From positions 10,957 to 74,956 of the forward strand of contig JAVCDE010000033.1 in assembly GCA_030765185.1 (NCBI GenBank): a stretch of 64,000 nucleotides of DNA, written 5' to 3'. The position numbers and the translations under genes were made by a program. Below are positions 8,828 through 19,086 of this stretch, one piece after another. The notes under the pieces are model-generated. The model was not told the DNA's origin, ran no database searches, and saw only the letters and a list, made by a program, of their open reading frames with translations. Origin of the DNA: Candidatus Aceula meridiana. Lineage in GTDB: Bacteria; Omnitrophota; Gorgyraeia; Zapsychrales; Aceulaceae. The first letter of the stretch is position 1. Every line of letters begins with the position of its first letter.

Positions 8828-10110
8828 TTATTTTCTCCGTTAACCGGTAAAAGCTCATTTTGCTTTTTGTATTGTAGCAGTCCAAAGAGCCCAACAAAAG
8901 CAAAAAGACACCCGACCCCGATTAAAATTTTAAAATTCTCGACCTTCAAATTTTCAGAAAGATGCGCGCTTAAAAACATGGCCATAAGAAACCCTAAATG
9001 CATGACGACTTCCAAAGCGCTAAAAACACGCCCTCTCATTTCATCTCGGCTAACCTCATGAACAATGGTGTTCGCTGCAATAAAGACCGGGCCGGTCACA
9101 AGCCCGACGAGAAACGTAAGCGCTGCGGCCACCGGAAGCTGCGCAAAACGATGAAGAATGGTGGCAAATGCCACCATGGATATTCCGCCTAAAATTAAAC
9201 AAACAAAAATCGTTTTAAAACGCGAGGCTTTTTGTCCAAAACGGCCATAGGCAATCGCACTCGTCAGAAGCCCAAGCCCTAAAACAACGGCTAAAATCCC
9301 AAGGTCCCGGGTAACGCTTTGAAGCGATTCCTGGATAAAAACAATAACAACAACATAAATCGCCCCTGCGGCTGCAAACAAAATAAACATCATCGTGGTC
9401 ACAAAACGAATTTCGCGATGCTTAAAAAAATAGACTATCCCCTCTTTAATTTCGTCAAACAGAGACTTCCTTAAAACTGTGATAATCTTTCTTCCTTCCT
9501 CGGCTAACTTGTGCGTATCCACATAAAAATTAATTTTCTGAGTCATCGAAACCACAAGAATTCCTGAAATAAAAAATGTGACTGCATCCCAAATGAAGCC
9601 GCCGCGGGGGCCTGCTTTCTCGACTAAAAGTCCGCCAAAGGCGCAACCAAAAGCAAAAGCCAACATGCCCGTCATTGACACAAGAGAATTCGCCATCAAA
9701 AGCCCTTTTTCGTCAACTAAATCCGGAATAATCGACATCTTGGCCGGAACATAAAAACGGCTTAAACAAAAAATAAGAAAAACAACCGCGTAAATGGGCA
9801 CCATTGATTCCCAATAAATAAAAATAAACGGAATCGTCAAAACCAAAAGACCACGCAGAAAATCGCAGATAAAAAGAGTTTTTCTCCTGTCCCAGCGATC
9901 TACATACGCGCCGGCAATAGGGCCGACTAAAAAAACAGGGATAATCGTAAAAGATAGGAGCTTGGCAAGCCCCACCGTTGAGCCGGGTGTGCGCGCGGCA
10001 ATCAGGCCGATTAAAGCCATTTGGTTGATGCGGTCACCAAATTGAGAGATAATTTGAGCCAACCACAACCTTAAAAAATTTTTATTTTTAAAACTTTCGA
10101 GGACTGACAT
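8824..10110 (-). CDS. MFS transporter
   Basis: 428 aa with 12 predicted TM segments and an MFS-like GDRxxR motif near the N-terminus. ATGA overlap with purN. Confidence 0.7.
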   Translation of the reverse strand: MSVLESFKNKNFLRLWLAQIISQFGDRINQMALIGLIAARTPGSTVGLAKLLSFTIIPVFLVGPIAGAYVDRWDRRKTLFICDFLRGLLVLTIPFIFIYWESMVPIYAVVFLIFCLSRFYVPAKMSIIPDLVDEKGLLMANSLVSMTGMLAFAFGCAFGGLLVEKAGPRGGFIWDAVTFFISGILVVSMTQKINFYVDTHKLAEEGRKIITVLRKSLFDEIKEGIVYFFKHREIRFVTTMMFILFAAAGAIYVVVIVFIQESLQSVTRDLGILAVVLGLGLLTSAIAYGRFGQKASRFKTIFVCLILGGISMVAFATILHRFAQLPVAAALTFLVGLVTGPVFIAANTIVHEVSRDEMRGRVFSALEVVMHLGFLMAMFLSAHLSENLKVENFKILIGVGCLFAFVGLFGLLQYKKQNELLPVNGENK

Positions 10111-10155
10111 ATAAAATTATTTTATCATTTTGTAAAAATTGCGGACATAAAAATT

Positions 10156-11916
10156 CTAGTTATTTTCTAAAAGCTCAAGATCTTCATAGCAGCGATGGGC
10201 CTCTTCTTCCCTGTTAAGGATGCCATACGTTGAACAAAGATTAAAAAGGGCGTTTCTTAAACCGGGATCAAGCGACAAGGCCTTCTTGTATTTGGCGATA
10301 GCTTCCTCGTGTTTATCTGTCTTCGAATACACAACGCCCATGCTGTAAAGAAGCTGAGCATTGTTGGGTTCTTTTAATAAACGCTTTTGATATCCTTCCA
10401 TGACTCGCCGATAGCCCAGTTCACGATTAGAATCAAAAACCGGCCGTAAGTCAGAAGGGTCTTGGACCTTTTCAAGCTCAGCTAAACCCTCCCAGTAGCG
10501 TCCCTGGTCAATTAAACTTGCCCCAAGGCCTATCAAAGAACGCATGTTCTTTTCATCGTAAGAAAGGGCCGCACGAAAATGTTTTTCGGCCTGCTTAAAG
10601 CTTCCAAGCTTTGCATATCGAAATCCTAGAGAAGCATGAATACGGGCATTAAACGGCTGATACCTTAGGGAACGCTTTAGCATCGCTGCCTCGTTTACGG
10701 CATGAAGATTTTGTTCAGCTGTTATCATGCTTAAGAAAATAACCCAACCTAAAAAACAAAGGCGTGAAGCTAAAGGTGAAACGAGTTTTCTTGATGTTAT
10801 CTTCTTGTAGGCCTGACGAAGCCCTAGCACCACAAGTGCCAAAAGCCCCACCGCCGGCATATAGAAAAAATGCTCACTTGCCATAATGTATCCGGCCTGT
10901 GGCCGCAACGGGAAAACCTGAGAAACAGGAAACACCGCAAGTGCTGCAAAGCTCATAAAAAATAATACTCGACGAGAAAACCGCTTATAAAATTTTGCTA
11001 AAACAAATAAGAATCCTCCCCACCCTAACAGAGTCGCCACCGCCTGCACATTGAAAAAACTTCTGAAAACCGGTTGTAGCCGATCCGGGTGTAGATCAAC
11101 AGGGAGAATGAGAATACGGAAATATGTAAAAAGCGCCCGCCAAAAAGTGATAATTCCGAGGAAGAAGTCTTGCGCGGCTAATGTGCTTGGCAGGCGGACA
11201 ATGCCTAAGATTTTGCGCACACTAAGATAAAAAACAACAACACCGGCAAAGCCAACGAGCGGTTTGGACAAGCGAATCAAATTTCTTTTTTGATCTTTGC
11301 AAAAGAAAAAATTGTACGCCAAGAGCACAGCCGGGAGCATAATCGCGGACTCTTTCGATAAAAGTGCTAGGGCAAAACAAAGTACAGCGAGAATGTAATA
11401 GAGCGCCTTCCTCCTTTTTTGAAAAAGAACGTAAAATAAAAACGTGGCTAACTGAAAAAGAGCGCACAACAAAATCGAGCGTCCGGCAATGTTTGAAACA
11501 GCCTCAGTGTGAACCGGGTGCAGCATAAATAAAAAAGCAATCCAGAAAGCAATCATGGAATCTTTTAGAATCAAACTCATCAGGAGAAGAATAATAATGC
11601 TCGTCGCTAAGTGCAGAATAACATTTGTCAGATTAAACGCCACCGGGTTAAGCCCGAAGAAGTGATTCTCGACAGCAAAGCTAAATGTCACTAAAGGACG
11701 GTAATAAGTATTTCTTAAAAAGAATGACTGGGCGAATGCCTTTGACGCATGGTTAAAGTTTCTAACATAAGGGTTTTCTAGAATAGAAAACTGATCATCG
11801 AGGACTTTAAATGAAGATGCCAGCATAAAGGAATAGAGAATAAAACCAACAACTAAAAGGATAATAATCTTAAGGAATAGGCTTGAAGCAATGTAGGAAG
11901 AGAATTTTTTTATCAT
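10156..11916 (-). CDS. Polytopic membrane protein with C-terminal TPR repeats (PMT/TMTC-like GT-C architecture)
   Basis: About 11 N-terminal TM helices are followed by about 200 aa of TPR-like repeats (AEKHFRAALSYDEKN..., EEAIAKYKKALSLDP). Confidence 0.5.
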   Translation of the reverse strand: MIKKFSSYIASSLFLKIIILLVVGFILYSFMLASSFKVLDDQFSILENPYVRNFNHASKAFAQSFFLRNTYYRPLVTFSFAVENHFFGLNPVAFNLTNVILHLATSIIILLLMSLILKDSMIAFWIAFLFMLHPVHTEAVSNIAGRSILLCALFQLATFLFYVLFQKRRKALYYILAVLCFALALLSKESAIMLPAVLLAYNFFFCKDQKRNLIRLSKPLVGFAGVVVFYLSVRKILGIVRLPSTLAAQDFFLGIITFWRALFTYFRILILPVDLHPDRLQPVFRSFFNVQAVATLLGWGGFLFVLAKFYKRFSRRVLFFMSFAALAVFPVSQVFPLRPQAGYIMASEHFFYMPAVGLLALVVLGLRQAYKKITSRKLVSPLASRLCFLGWVIFLSMITAEQNLHAVNEAAMLKRSLRYQPFNARIHASLGFRYAKLGSFKQAEKHFRAALSYDEKNMRSLIGLGASLIDQGRYWEGLAELEKVQDPSDLRPVFDSNRELGYRRVMEGYQKRLLKEPNNAQLLYSMGVVYSKTDKHEEAIAKYKKALSLDPGLRNALFNLCSTYGILNREEEAHRCYEDLELLENN

Positions 11917-12008
11917 AAACGAATAACTTCAGCTTCGCTCGACTAAAATTAAATTAGCTTCGCAGAGCTTCTATTTATCTTTTCTTTAAACAAATTCAGA
12001 TAAATAAG

Positions 12009-12081
12009 AGCCGACGATCGGGATCGAACCGATGACCCCTTCATTACGAATGAAGTGCTCTACCAGCTGAGCTACGTCGGC
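12009..12081 (-). tRNA. tRNA-Thr (anticodon CGU)
   Basis: Cloverleaf folded by hand from the reverse complement: GCCGACG acceptor stem, GCTC/GAGC D-stem, anticodon loop TTCGTAA, T-loop TTCGATC. No encoded CCA. Confidence 0.8.
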
Positions 12082-12154
12082 AAACTTCATTAATCAAATT
12101 TAAAGCCTTTGGCTCACAAAATAACCCTCCTTAAGCTAAGGCTCGGAGGGTTAT

Positions 12155-12261
12155 CCGCTAATGGCGAAGTCCGCCGAAACATCAATGCTCCGACTTCCGG
12201 ATAATCCAAGGGTTCCCGCTTGTTGCGCCACCCCTCTTTTCGCGGGATGGCGCAATAGCGG
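12155..12261 (-). ncRNA. ffs: Small (4.5S-type) SRP RNA
   Basis: The minus-strand RNA contains AUCCGGAAGUCGGAGCA, which resembles the conserved SRP RNA domain IV (..CCGGAAGGAAGCAGC..). The 5' end (CCGCUAUUGCG) and 3' end (CGCCAUUAGCGG) can pair. Length is about 107 nt, between two tRNAs. A 10-bp stem-loop followed by a short T-run (12121..12154) lies downstream. Called by eye only. Confidence 0.55.
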
Positions 12262-12269
12262 ATAAAAAG

Positions 12270-12342
12270 TGCCGAGAGGCGGAATTGAACCGTCGACGCA
12301 AGGCTTTTCAGGCCTTCGCTCTACCAACTGAGCTATCTCGGC
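12270..12342 (-). tRNA. tRNA-Phe (anticodon GAA)
   Basis: Reverse complement is GCCGAGATAGCTCAGTTGGTAGAGCGAAGGCCTGAAAAGCCTT...TTCAATTCCGCCTCTCGGCA. Anticodon loop CTGAAAA, T-loop TTCAATT, with one mismatch in the T-stem. Confidence 0.8.
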
Positions 12343-12521
12343 AATAAACATTTTCTTAATTTTCAGGAAATACCCATTGTAGCAAAGTCTTAAAAGTTGT
12401 CAACCCATTCACCGATTTCCGGGCTTTAACCTGAAAATTGCTTAAAGTAACACTTCGCGGCTTAATTTTTCCTCAAACGTGCCAACCCATTCAGCTATCT
12501 TCAAAGACTTTCATTCAAATG

Positions 12522-12923
12522 CTACTGGATAACGCGATTTTTAACCTTAACCCAGACATCCTGGGCTGTCTTCATGCTAGGAAGCATATTTTTACGCGCC
12601 TTAACACTCATGCGCACCCACGAAGAGGACGCTTGAGATAAGTCTACCCAGACATAAGCACCCGCCACCCTTGCCTCAATTTGTCCGAGCTTGTAGTTTT
12701 TGGTTTGGATGGTTCCCATGATTGAAACAATTTCAACCGCAGCATCCCAAAGGGTATCATATTCAATTTGCGTTTCCCCTTCGACGGTATCTGGGCTTAT
12801 GGCATACCCGCCTAAGGCGCCCAAACCGCCGATAATCGCATAAAAACATCCGCTTAACGAAAACGCTAAAACTAACAACAAAGGTATCATAAAATACAAT
12901 CTTTGATTTTTTCCATTTTTCAT
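12522..12923 (-). CDS. Small lipoprotein (signal peptide + LSGC lipobox), function unknown
   Basis: MKNGKNQRLYFMIPLLLVLAFSLSGC lipobox followed by a soluble domain of about 110 aa. Confidence 0.5.
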   Translation of the reverse strand: MKNGKNQRLYFMIPLLLVLAFSLSGCFYAIIGGLGALGGYAISPDTVEGETQIEYDTLWDAAVEIVSIMGTIQTKNYKLGQIEARVAGAYVWVDLSQASSSWVRMSVKARKNMLPSMKTAQDVWVKVKNRVIQ

Positions 12924-12937
12924 AATTTATGCCCTCC

Positions 12938-14482
12938 TTAAACTTTTTCTTCTTGAGGTTTTTTTTCTATCTGCAAATCTGTCCGCCAAGAACGAGCAGC
13001 TATAAAAAGTGATACAACTAAAGCAACCAAAAGCCAATCTCGGCCAATCAAAATAACAGCTATCCAAGAATAATCGCCATAAGGTTTAGCTGACTCCTTA
13101 ACGATGTCATTAATTAGCAAAATGGCCAAGGCTGAAGGTGTTAAAAAACGAATGCAAAAATCCCACAGCTTACTTAACGTCCATTGAGCGCTGTGATTAA
13201 TGTGCTCACGTAACTTTTGAGATTTTAAAACCCAACCGACTAAAATACATTGTAAAATTCCAATGGTAACAAGCCCATAGTGTGTGATGAAGTGATCAAC
13301 AATATCAATCCAATATATTCCGGCATTAGTCGCAAAAAGCATACTGCCAAAAAATCCTGTGACGCACACCGCTGTTACAATCACACGGCGGGAATAATGA
13401 AACTTATCAATAATGGCCGAGGTAAACGCCTCAATTAAAGAAATCGCACTCGAAAGTCCCGCAATCACAAGTGTGCTAAAAAATAGAACACCAAATATCT
13501 TTGCAAAACCAGGCATCAAGCTAATCGCCTGCGGATAAGTAACAAAAGCCAAACCAATAGATTCTTTAACGACCTCAGAAACAGGCTTTCCTGTTGTCGT
13601 CGCCATATATCCTAAAACACCAAAGACCGCAAATCCCGAAATAAAAGAAAAAAGGCAATTGCCAACGCTAATCGTTAACGCATCCTTAACAATGTTGACC
13701 TTGCGCGGAAGATAAGAAGCATATGTCATCATAATGCCAAAGCCCAATGAAAGCGTAAAAAAGATTTGAGAAAACGCATCAATCCAAATCTGTGGTTTAG
13801 AAAGAAGTGAAAAGTCAGGAGTAAGATATTGCTTAATCCCAACTGAAGCCCCCTTCAAGCTCACACTCCAAAAAACCAAAATAAGAATAAGAACAAACAA
13901 CAAAGGCATAAAAATCTTATTTGCCTTTTCAATGCCTTTTTGAACACCAAAGAAAACAATAACCCAACATAATGTCCAAACCCCAAGCAATGAAGAAACA
14001 ATCGGCGTGCGCACATCACCGATTAAGCCCGGTGCTGCGCTGACCTGGAGATATTCATTAAAAAAAAAGTTGTTAGGGTCCATGCCCCAGGAAAGATTAA
14101 AAGAAAAGAAAACATAGCTTAAACACCACGCAATAATAACCGCATAATAAACCATAATGCCAAACATCGCGCAGTTAACAGACCACCACCCAGCCCATTC
14201 CCAATGACGGTCAACTTTAGCAAAACACATCGGCGTTGAGCCGCGCATCTTGTGCCCTAAGCCTAGCTCCAAGATCATCAACGGAACACCAACGACAAGA
14301 AGAGCAATGCCGTAAGGAATAAGAAAGGCCCCTCCCCCATTTTTATAACAAAGATAGGAAAAGCGCCAAATGTTTCCAAGGCCCACGGCTGAACCTAAAG
14401 CCGCGAAAATAAACCCCATCCGCGACCGCCATTGCGGGCGCGGATGATGAGATTCACTCAATTGTGTTGCCTTGTTCGTCAT
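12938..14482 (-). CDS. Neurotransmitter:sodium symporter (NSS/SNF) family transporter
   Basis: GSAVGLGNIWRFSYLCYKNGGGAFLIPY signature near the N-terminus and 12 predicted TM segments. Confidence 0.85.
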   Translation of the reverse strand: MTNKATQLSESHHPRPQWRSRMGFIFAALGSAVGLGNIWRFSYLCYKNGGGAFLIPYGIALLVVGVPLMILELGLGHKMRGSTPMCFAKVDRHWEWAGWWSVNCAMFGIMVYYAVIIAWCLSYVFFSFNLSWGMDPNNFFFNEYLQVSAAPGLIGDVRTPIVSSLLGVWTLCWVIVFFGVQKGIEKANKIFMPLLFVLILILVFWSVSLKGASVGIKQYLTPDFSLLSKPQIWIDAFSQIFFTLSLGFGIMMTYASYLPRKVNIVKDALTISVGNCLFSFISGFAVFGVLGYMATTTGKPVSEVVKESIGLAFVTYPQAISLMPGFAKIFGVLFFSTLVIAGLSSAISLIEAFTSAIIDKFHYSRRVIVTAVCVTGFFGSMLFATNAGIYWIDIVDHFITHYGLVTIGILQCILVGWVLKSQKLREHINHSAQWTLSKLWDFCIRFLTPSALAILLINDIVKESAKPYGDYSWIAVILIGRDWLLVALVVSLFIAARSWRTDLQIEKKPQEEKV

Positions 14483-14491
14483 AAAATAAAA

Positions 14492-16591
14492 TTATTGCAT
14501 CAATGCATTTTTCAAAATAAAGGCAGCAAAAACAATAGAAACCATACTCATTAATTTAATAAGAATGTTAATGCTCGGACCCGAAGTATCTTTGAAAGGA
14601 TCACCAACTGTATCACCAACAACAGTTGCCTTGTGACAAGCTGAGCCTTTACCTCCTAGGTTTCCTTCTTCAATATATTTCTTGGCGTTGTCCCATGCCC
14701 CACCTGAATTCGCCATCATAACAGCTAGAACAAATCCCGAAGCAGTAGCGCCCATTAAAAGGCCGCCAAGACTATTAACGCCTAAAAGAATACCCACAAC
14801 AATTGGAGTTAAAATCGCAAGCATCGCCGGCAAAATCATTTCTTTAAGCGCTGACTTTGTAACGATATTAACACAACTCGCATAATCCGGTTTTCCTGTT
14901 CCTTCCATGATTCCAGCAATTTCCTTAAATTGGCGACGGACCTCAAAAACAATTTGTCCCGCAGCACGGCCAACCGCACTCATGGTAAGAGCTGAAAAAA
15001 GATATGGCATTGCAACACCGATAAAAAGACCAATTAACACAGGCGGATTCATAAGATTTAAATTGAAATCAAAATCAATCATGCCCGAGGCAGCAACCTC
15101 TAACAAAATCTTTTCTTTAAATGATGCAATAAGCGCAAGCGCTGTAAGAGCTGCTGAACCAATCGCAAAACCTTTTCCAGTTGCAGCGGTTGTATTACCT
15201 AAAGAATCTAAGGCATCTGTTCTTTTGCGAACTTCCGGCTCAAGACCAGCCATCTCGGCGTTTCCGCCGGCATTATCTGCCACAGGCCCGTAGGCATCTG
15301 TTGCCAAAGTAATGCCAAGAGTACTCAACATTCCAACAGCCGCGATACCAATTCCAAATAACCCTCCTAGCCAATAGCTTAAGAAAATAGCCACAGCAAC
15401 AATAAGAACTGGGATAACTGTTGAAAGCATCCCGAGCGAAAGCCCTTCGATAATAACGGTCGCAGGGCCTGTCTCTGAAGCCTTGGCAACTTTCTTGGTA
15501 GGCGAAAAATGAGACGAAGTAAAATACTCTGTAACCAATCCAATCAAAAGGCCAGCAACTAAACCAGTCATAACAGAGAAAGCAACTTTTAAAGGAATTC
15601 CTGGAAACCAATATTTAATCACAACAAAAACTAAAATACCAACTAAGACAGAGGCGATATTAACACCTTTATGCAATGCCTTTAATAAAGTTTTCTGTGT
15701 AGCGTCTTCAGTTGTGCGGACAAAAAACATTCCAGCGAATGACGAAAGAATTCCCATCGCTGCAATAACCATAGGAAGCATCAGCCCTTGCACGCCATAT
15801 CCTGCAGCAACACCTAAGGCAGCGGAAGCGACAATAGAACCAACATAAGACTCAAAAAGGTCTGCTCCCATACCCGCGACATCGCCTACGTTATCACCTA
15901 CGTTATCAGCAATAACCGCCGGATTACGAGGATCGTCTTCCGGAATTCCAGCTTCAACTTTTCCAACTAAATCTGCGCCAACATCAGCAGCTTTTGTAAA
16001 AATTCCTCCACCAACACGGGCAAACAAAGCCAAAAAACTTGCGCCAAGGCCAACCGTCAACATAACGCTTGTAATCGCAACATCCCCGCTTGCGATGCCT
16101 TCAGGCAATGGATGAGAAGAATAAAAACCTCTGAGGAAAAAGTACCAAGCCGTTAAATTCAAAAGGGCAAATCCGACAACAGAAAAACCCATAACCGCTC
16201 CCGAAGAAAATGCCAAACGAAGCCCTCCATTAAGAGAAGTTCGGCAAGCATTGGCTGTTCTGGCCGAAGAGGCGGTGGCGATTTTCATTCCGCAAAAACC
16301 GGATAATCCTGAAAAAAATCCTCCGGTTAAAAAAGCAAACGGAACAAAAATAACTAAATACCCCCTTAGAGATAAAAACAATAAAATGGCAAAAACCGCC
16401 GCAAAGAAAATCGCGACCCATTTATATTGACTTGTCAAATACGCTGAAGCGCCTTCGCGGACAGCCGCGGCAATTTCTTTCATCCGGTCAGTTCCCTCAT
16501 CTTTTTTTAGAATTGAAAAGATAAGGAATACGGCCGTTCCCAATGCAAGAACTGCGGCACCCGGAGCTAAAAAACTAATAAATTGTGACAT
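14492..16591 (-). CDS. hppA: Membrane-bound ion-translocating (H+/Na+) pyrophosphatase
   Basis: 699 aa. Three diagnostic motifs are present: [35 protein letters not shown] and [24 protein letters not shown]. Confidence 0.9.
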   Translation of the reverse strand: MSQFISFLAPGAAVLALGTAVFLIFSILKKDEGTDRMKEIAAAVREGASAYLTSQYKWVAIFFAAVFAILLFLSLRGYLVIFVPFAFLTGGFFSGLSGFCGMKIATASSARTANACRTSLNGGLRLAFSSGAVMGFSVVGFALLNLTAWYFFLRGFYSSHPLPEGIASGDVAITSVMLTVGLGASFLALFARVGGGIFTKAADVGADLVGKVEAGIPEDDPRNPAVIADNVGDNVGDVAGMGADLFESYVGSIVASAALGVAAGYGVQGLMLPMVIAAMGILSSFAGMFFVRTTEDATQKTLLKALHKGVNIASVLVGILVFVVIKYWFPGIPLKVAFSVMTGLVAGLLIGLVTEYFTSSHFSPTKKVAKASETGPATVIIEGLSLGMLSTVIPVLIVAVAIFLSYWLGGLFGIGIAAVGMLSTLGITLATDAYGPVADNAGGNAEMAGLEPEVRKRTDALDSLGNTTAATGKGFAIGSAALTALALIASFKEKILLEVAASGMIDFDFNLNLMNPPVLIGLFIGVAMPYLFSALTMSAVGRAAGQIVFEVRRQFKEIAGIMEGTGKPDYASCVNIVTKSALKEMILPAMLAILTPIVVGILLGVNSLGGLLMGATASGFVLAVMMANSGGAWDNAKKYIEEGNLGGKGSACHKATVVGDTVGDPFKDTSGPSINILIKLMSMVSIVFAAFILKNALMQ

Positions 16592-16817
16592 CTTTCCTCC
16601 TTAGATTTAATGAAGTAATCATTCGTTTTAATGTCCTTTAGTTGGGCTTTTACCGTGTCGGGCTTTTTTAGAGCGCCAACTCAGCTTCCCTCTTCTTTTT
16701 TGCTTACGCATCAAGAACTCCTTTCTAAAATATTCTACGTTTTATATTAATAAAGGTAGCAACGGATGTCTCTGCCTGTAGCGCCATTCGTATATTTTAT
16801 GTACGAATAGCCACAAA

Positions 16818-17825
16818 TTATCTAAGATGATACAAAAATTTCATGCCCATTGCAAAACAAATTAACATTAATATTGTATCCAAACCAAGACCAAATATTG
16901 TTTTTTTCTTAGGACTTTGAATACCAATAATCAAAATGGTTGTTAAAAGGACGCTCACCGCCATAATCAATATATGGGTTGATGAAACCCTCGCAAAAAT
17001 CGGCCCTGATTTATAGAAAATATCACAAATAGCCAAAATCAAAATATTAAAAATGTTGCTGCCCAAAACATTTCCAAAGGCAAGGTCAAAAGCCCCCATC
17101 TTAAGAGCAGAAAGAGAAACTACGATTTCCGGCAGGGATGTAACAAACCCTAAAAAAACTGTTCCGGTAAACGTACGGCCCAATGACGTTGTCTGGGCAA
17201 TATCGTCGCATATCCCGGAAAGCCAAATGCCTCCAACGACAACAACGCTTGCGCTAATCAATAATTTTATTATCGGCTCTTTAGCATCTTTGATCGCTTG
17301 CGCAATAGGCTTTATTTCAACAGAAGGTCTTTCGCCCGAATCAAAGATCGTTTTCACCGATAATATATAAACCAAAACAATCAAAATACTGCCATAGCTG
17401 ACATGACCAAAGCTAAGAACTCCCAAATGCCAAGCTAAAAAAATCTCGATAACAACAATAGACGCTAAGATTCCAAAAAATTCAGCTGAAAAATCATATG
17501 TGCGGCTTGGCTTTACTTGATCTGTTATGGCCCCTTTTCGATAGATAATGTCCATCAAAACAATAATCATTAAATTAAAATTAACGCTCCCGGCAATATT
17601 TCCAACAGCCAAATTAGGCGCCCGGAGCAAAACTGTTGAAGCCAAACTTGCTGCCAACTCAGGAAAAGAGGTGATAAGCCCTAGAAGAATCATCCCAACC
17701 CAGGCTTTACTTAAATTCATTTTTTCGCTTAAGGCATCCGCATAGCGTGTCAGCCTAACGCCTCCGGCAACAACAACGGCTGCGCTTAAAAAAAATTTTA
17801 GCCAAACAATCCAAAGGCTCCCCAT
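16818..17825 (-). CDS. CaCA-family cation:Ca2+ antiporter (YrbG-like)
   Basis: Two alpha-repeats, GNIAGSVNFNLMII and GNVLGSNIFNILIL, plus a central hydrophilic loop. 335 aa. Confidence 0.8.
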   Translation of the reverse strand: MGSLWIVWLKFFLSAAVVVAGGVRLTRYADALSEKMNLSKAWVGMILLGLITSFPELAASLASTVLLRAPNLAVGNIAGSVNFNLMIIVLMDIIYRKGAITDQVKPSRTYDFSAEFFGILASIVVIEIFLAWHLGVLSFGHVSYGSILIVLVYILSVKTIFDSGERPSVEIKPIAQAIKDAKEPIIKLLISASVVVVGGIWLSGICDDIAQTTSLGRTFTGTVFLGFVTSLPEIVVSLSALKMGAFDLAFGNVLGSNIFNILILAICDIFYKSGPIFARVSSTHILIMAVSVLLTTILIIGIQSPKKKTIFGLGLDTILMLICFAMGMKFLYHLR

Positions 17826-17967
17826 AGAAACCCCCTCATCCTTTTTTAATAAATGCCTGACTTATAAAACCAAAGGTGACACGTCAAGTCAACCGCATGA
17901 ATTTATCCTGTGAGTCCCGCGACCAAGCGGGGCAACTAAGGATTTTCCATTTAAACATCTTCAGAAT

Positions 17968-18135
17968 TCAATCGCGAGCCATTGACATCATCGCAAGCCC
18001 AATAATCGCTAAAATGCCTCCGATAACTCCATAGAACAAAGCAACCACATCTTTCCAAAAGATTAAAACAAAACTAATGCCAAAAATGCAGCTTATCAGG
18101 CCAAAAACCCATAACAATATTTTTCTCATTCTCAT
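17968..18135 (-). CDS. Small (55 aa) two-TM membrane protein, hypothetical
   Basis: My own translation gives MRMRKILLWVFGLISCIFGISFVLIFWKDVVALFYGVIGGILAIIGLAMMSMARD. It is below the 60-aa cutoff of the ORF track, lies upstream of the lpxL-like gene, and has no RBS evidence. Confidence 0.3.
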   Translation of the reverse strand: MRMRKILLWVFGLISCIFGISFVLIFWKDVVALFYGVIGGILAIIGLAMMSMARD

Positions 18136-18141
18136 TTGTTT

Positions 18142-19059
18142 TTATTCTCCTGGGCGGCTTTTCCACCGACGATGCATCCAGCCCCACTCATCAGGATATT
18201 TGCGGATATACTTCTCGATAACTTTTGTAATGCGTGAAACATTAATAAAAATAGTGTCCTTCTCATCTTTTCCTTGCTCAAGGTAAAGCGGCTCATCAAT
18301 AATGATTTTATGCGTGTCATCTTTTTGGCGCACAATAAAAATCGGCAAAATAGGCGCTCCGGTGCGCATGGCGAAAACAACAGGACCGGTCGCTGTTGCT
18401 GCTTTTTGTCCAAAAAAATCAACGAAAACACCGCCGCCGCTTCCAAAGTTCTGGTCCAAAGGAATAAACAAAAATTCATTCTTACGTAATGCCTTCAGCG
18501 AATCCGTTACACATTTCTGACGAGGATGGCTATAAAGTGTCTTAAGCCCTAGTTTCGTGCGTAACTGTTGGAAATGTTTTTCAATCTTTTTGTCGCGCGT
18601 CTGGCGAATGATCGCATTCGTTTCGTATCCTTCTTGAGCAAAACGTAAAAGCATCAATGGAAAATTTCCAAAATGAGCACTCACAGCAATGACGCCTTTT
18701 CCCTTAGAAAAAGCCTTATCTAAAACTTCTTTATTTTCAAAAGAAACACGTTCTTTGATCATCTTCGGATGATCCATAAAATAAATAAGCTCGATCATCA
18801 TTTTTCCAACATTCGTGAAACATTTCTTAAAAATCTGCCGAACTTCTTTAGGGCTTTTTTCATCCCCAAAAGCAATTTTTAAACTTTCCGCCGCAATCTT
18901 CTTTTGTTTAACGGTAAATAGAAGACCAATCGTTGTCAAAACACGCGTTAAAAAACTTACCACAGAAAAAGGAAGGCGGGTAAGAACAAAGCTCGTGCCT
19001 CGAAGCCCCCAGCGCGCAATGGCCCTTTTAAAACGTTTTATTCTATCGTTAAGTGTCAT
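18142..19059 (-). CDS. Lysophospholipid/lipid A biosynthesis acyltransferase (LpxL/HtrB family)
   Basis: 305 aa. An N-terminal membrane anchor is followed by an LPLAT-like fold (VSAHFGNFPLM..., FIPLDQN..GGGVFVDFFG, PVVFAMRTGAPILP). Confidence 0.65.
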   Translation of the reverse strand: MTLNDRIKRFKRAIARWGLRGTSFVLTRLPFSVVSFLTRVLTTIGLLFTVKQKKIAAESLKIAFGDEKSPKEVRQIFKKCFTNVGKMMIELIYFMDHPKMIKERVSFENKEVLDKAFSKGKGVIAVSAHFGNFPLMLLRFAQEGYETNAIIRQTRDKKIEKHFQQLRTKLGLKTLYSHPRQKCVTDSLKALRKNEFLFIPLDQNFGSGGGVFVDFFGQKAATATGPVVFAMRTGAPILPIFIVRQKDDTHKIIIDEPLYLEQGKDEKDTIFINVSRITKVIEKYIRKYPDEWGWMHRRWKSRPGE

Positions 19060-19086
19060 CTTGATTGCAGTCTTACGCGAAAAAAC

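Noticed and set aside
12151-12351. 66-aa minus-strand ORF in the six-frame track
   Set aside because: It lies entirely over the tRNA-Phe gene and the SRP-RNA-like element. Its reading frame is an artefact of the structured RNA genes.
16592-16817. Possible riboswitch or ncRNA in the 226-nt hppA upstream region
   Set aside because: Only weak or imperfect hairpins (gggcttttaccgtgtcgggctttttt), and no match to any riboswitch core I know. It could simply be the hppA promoter with a CaCA-gene terminator.
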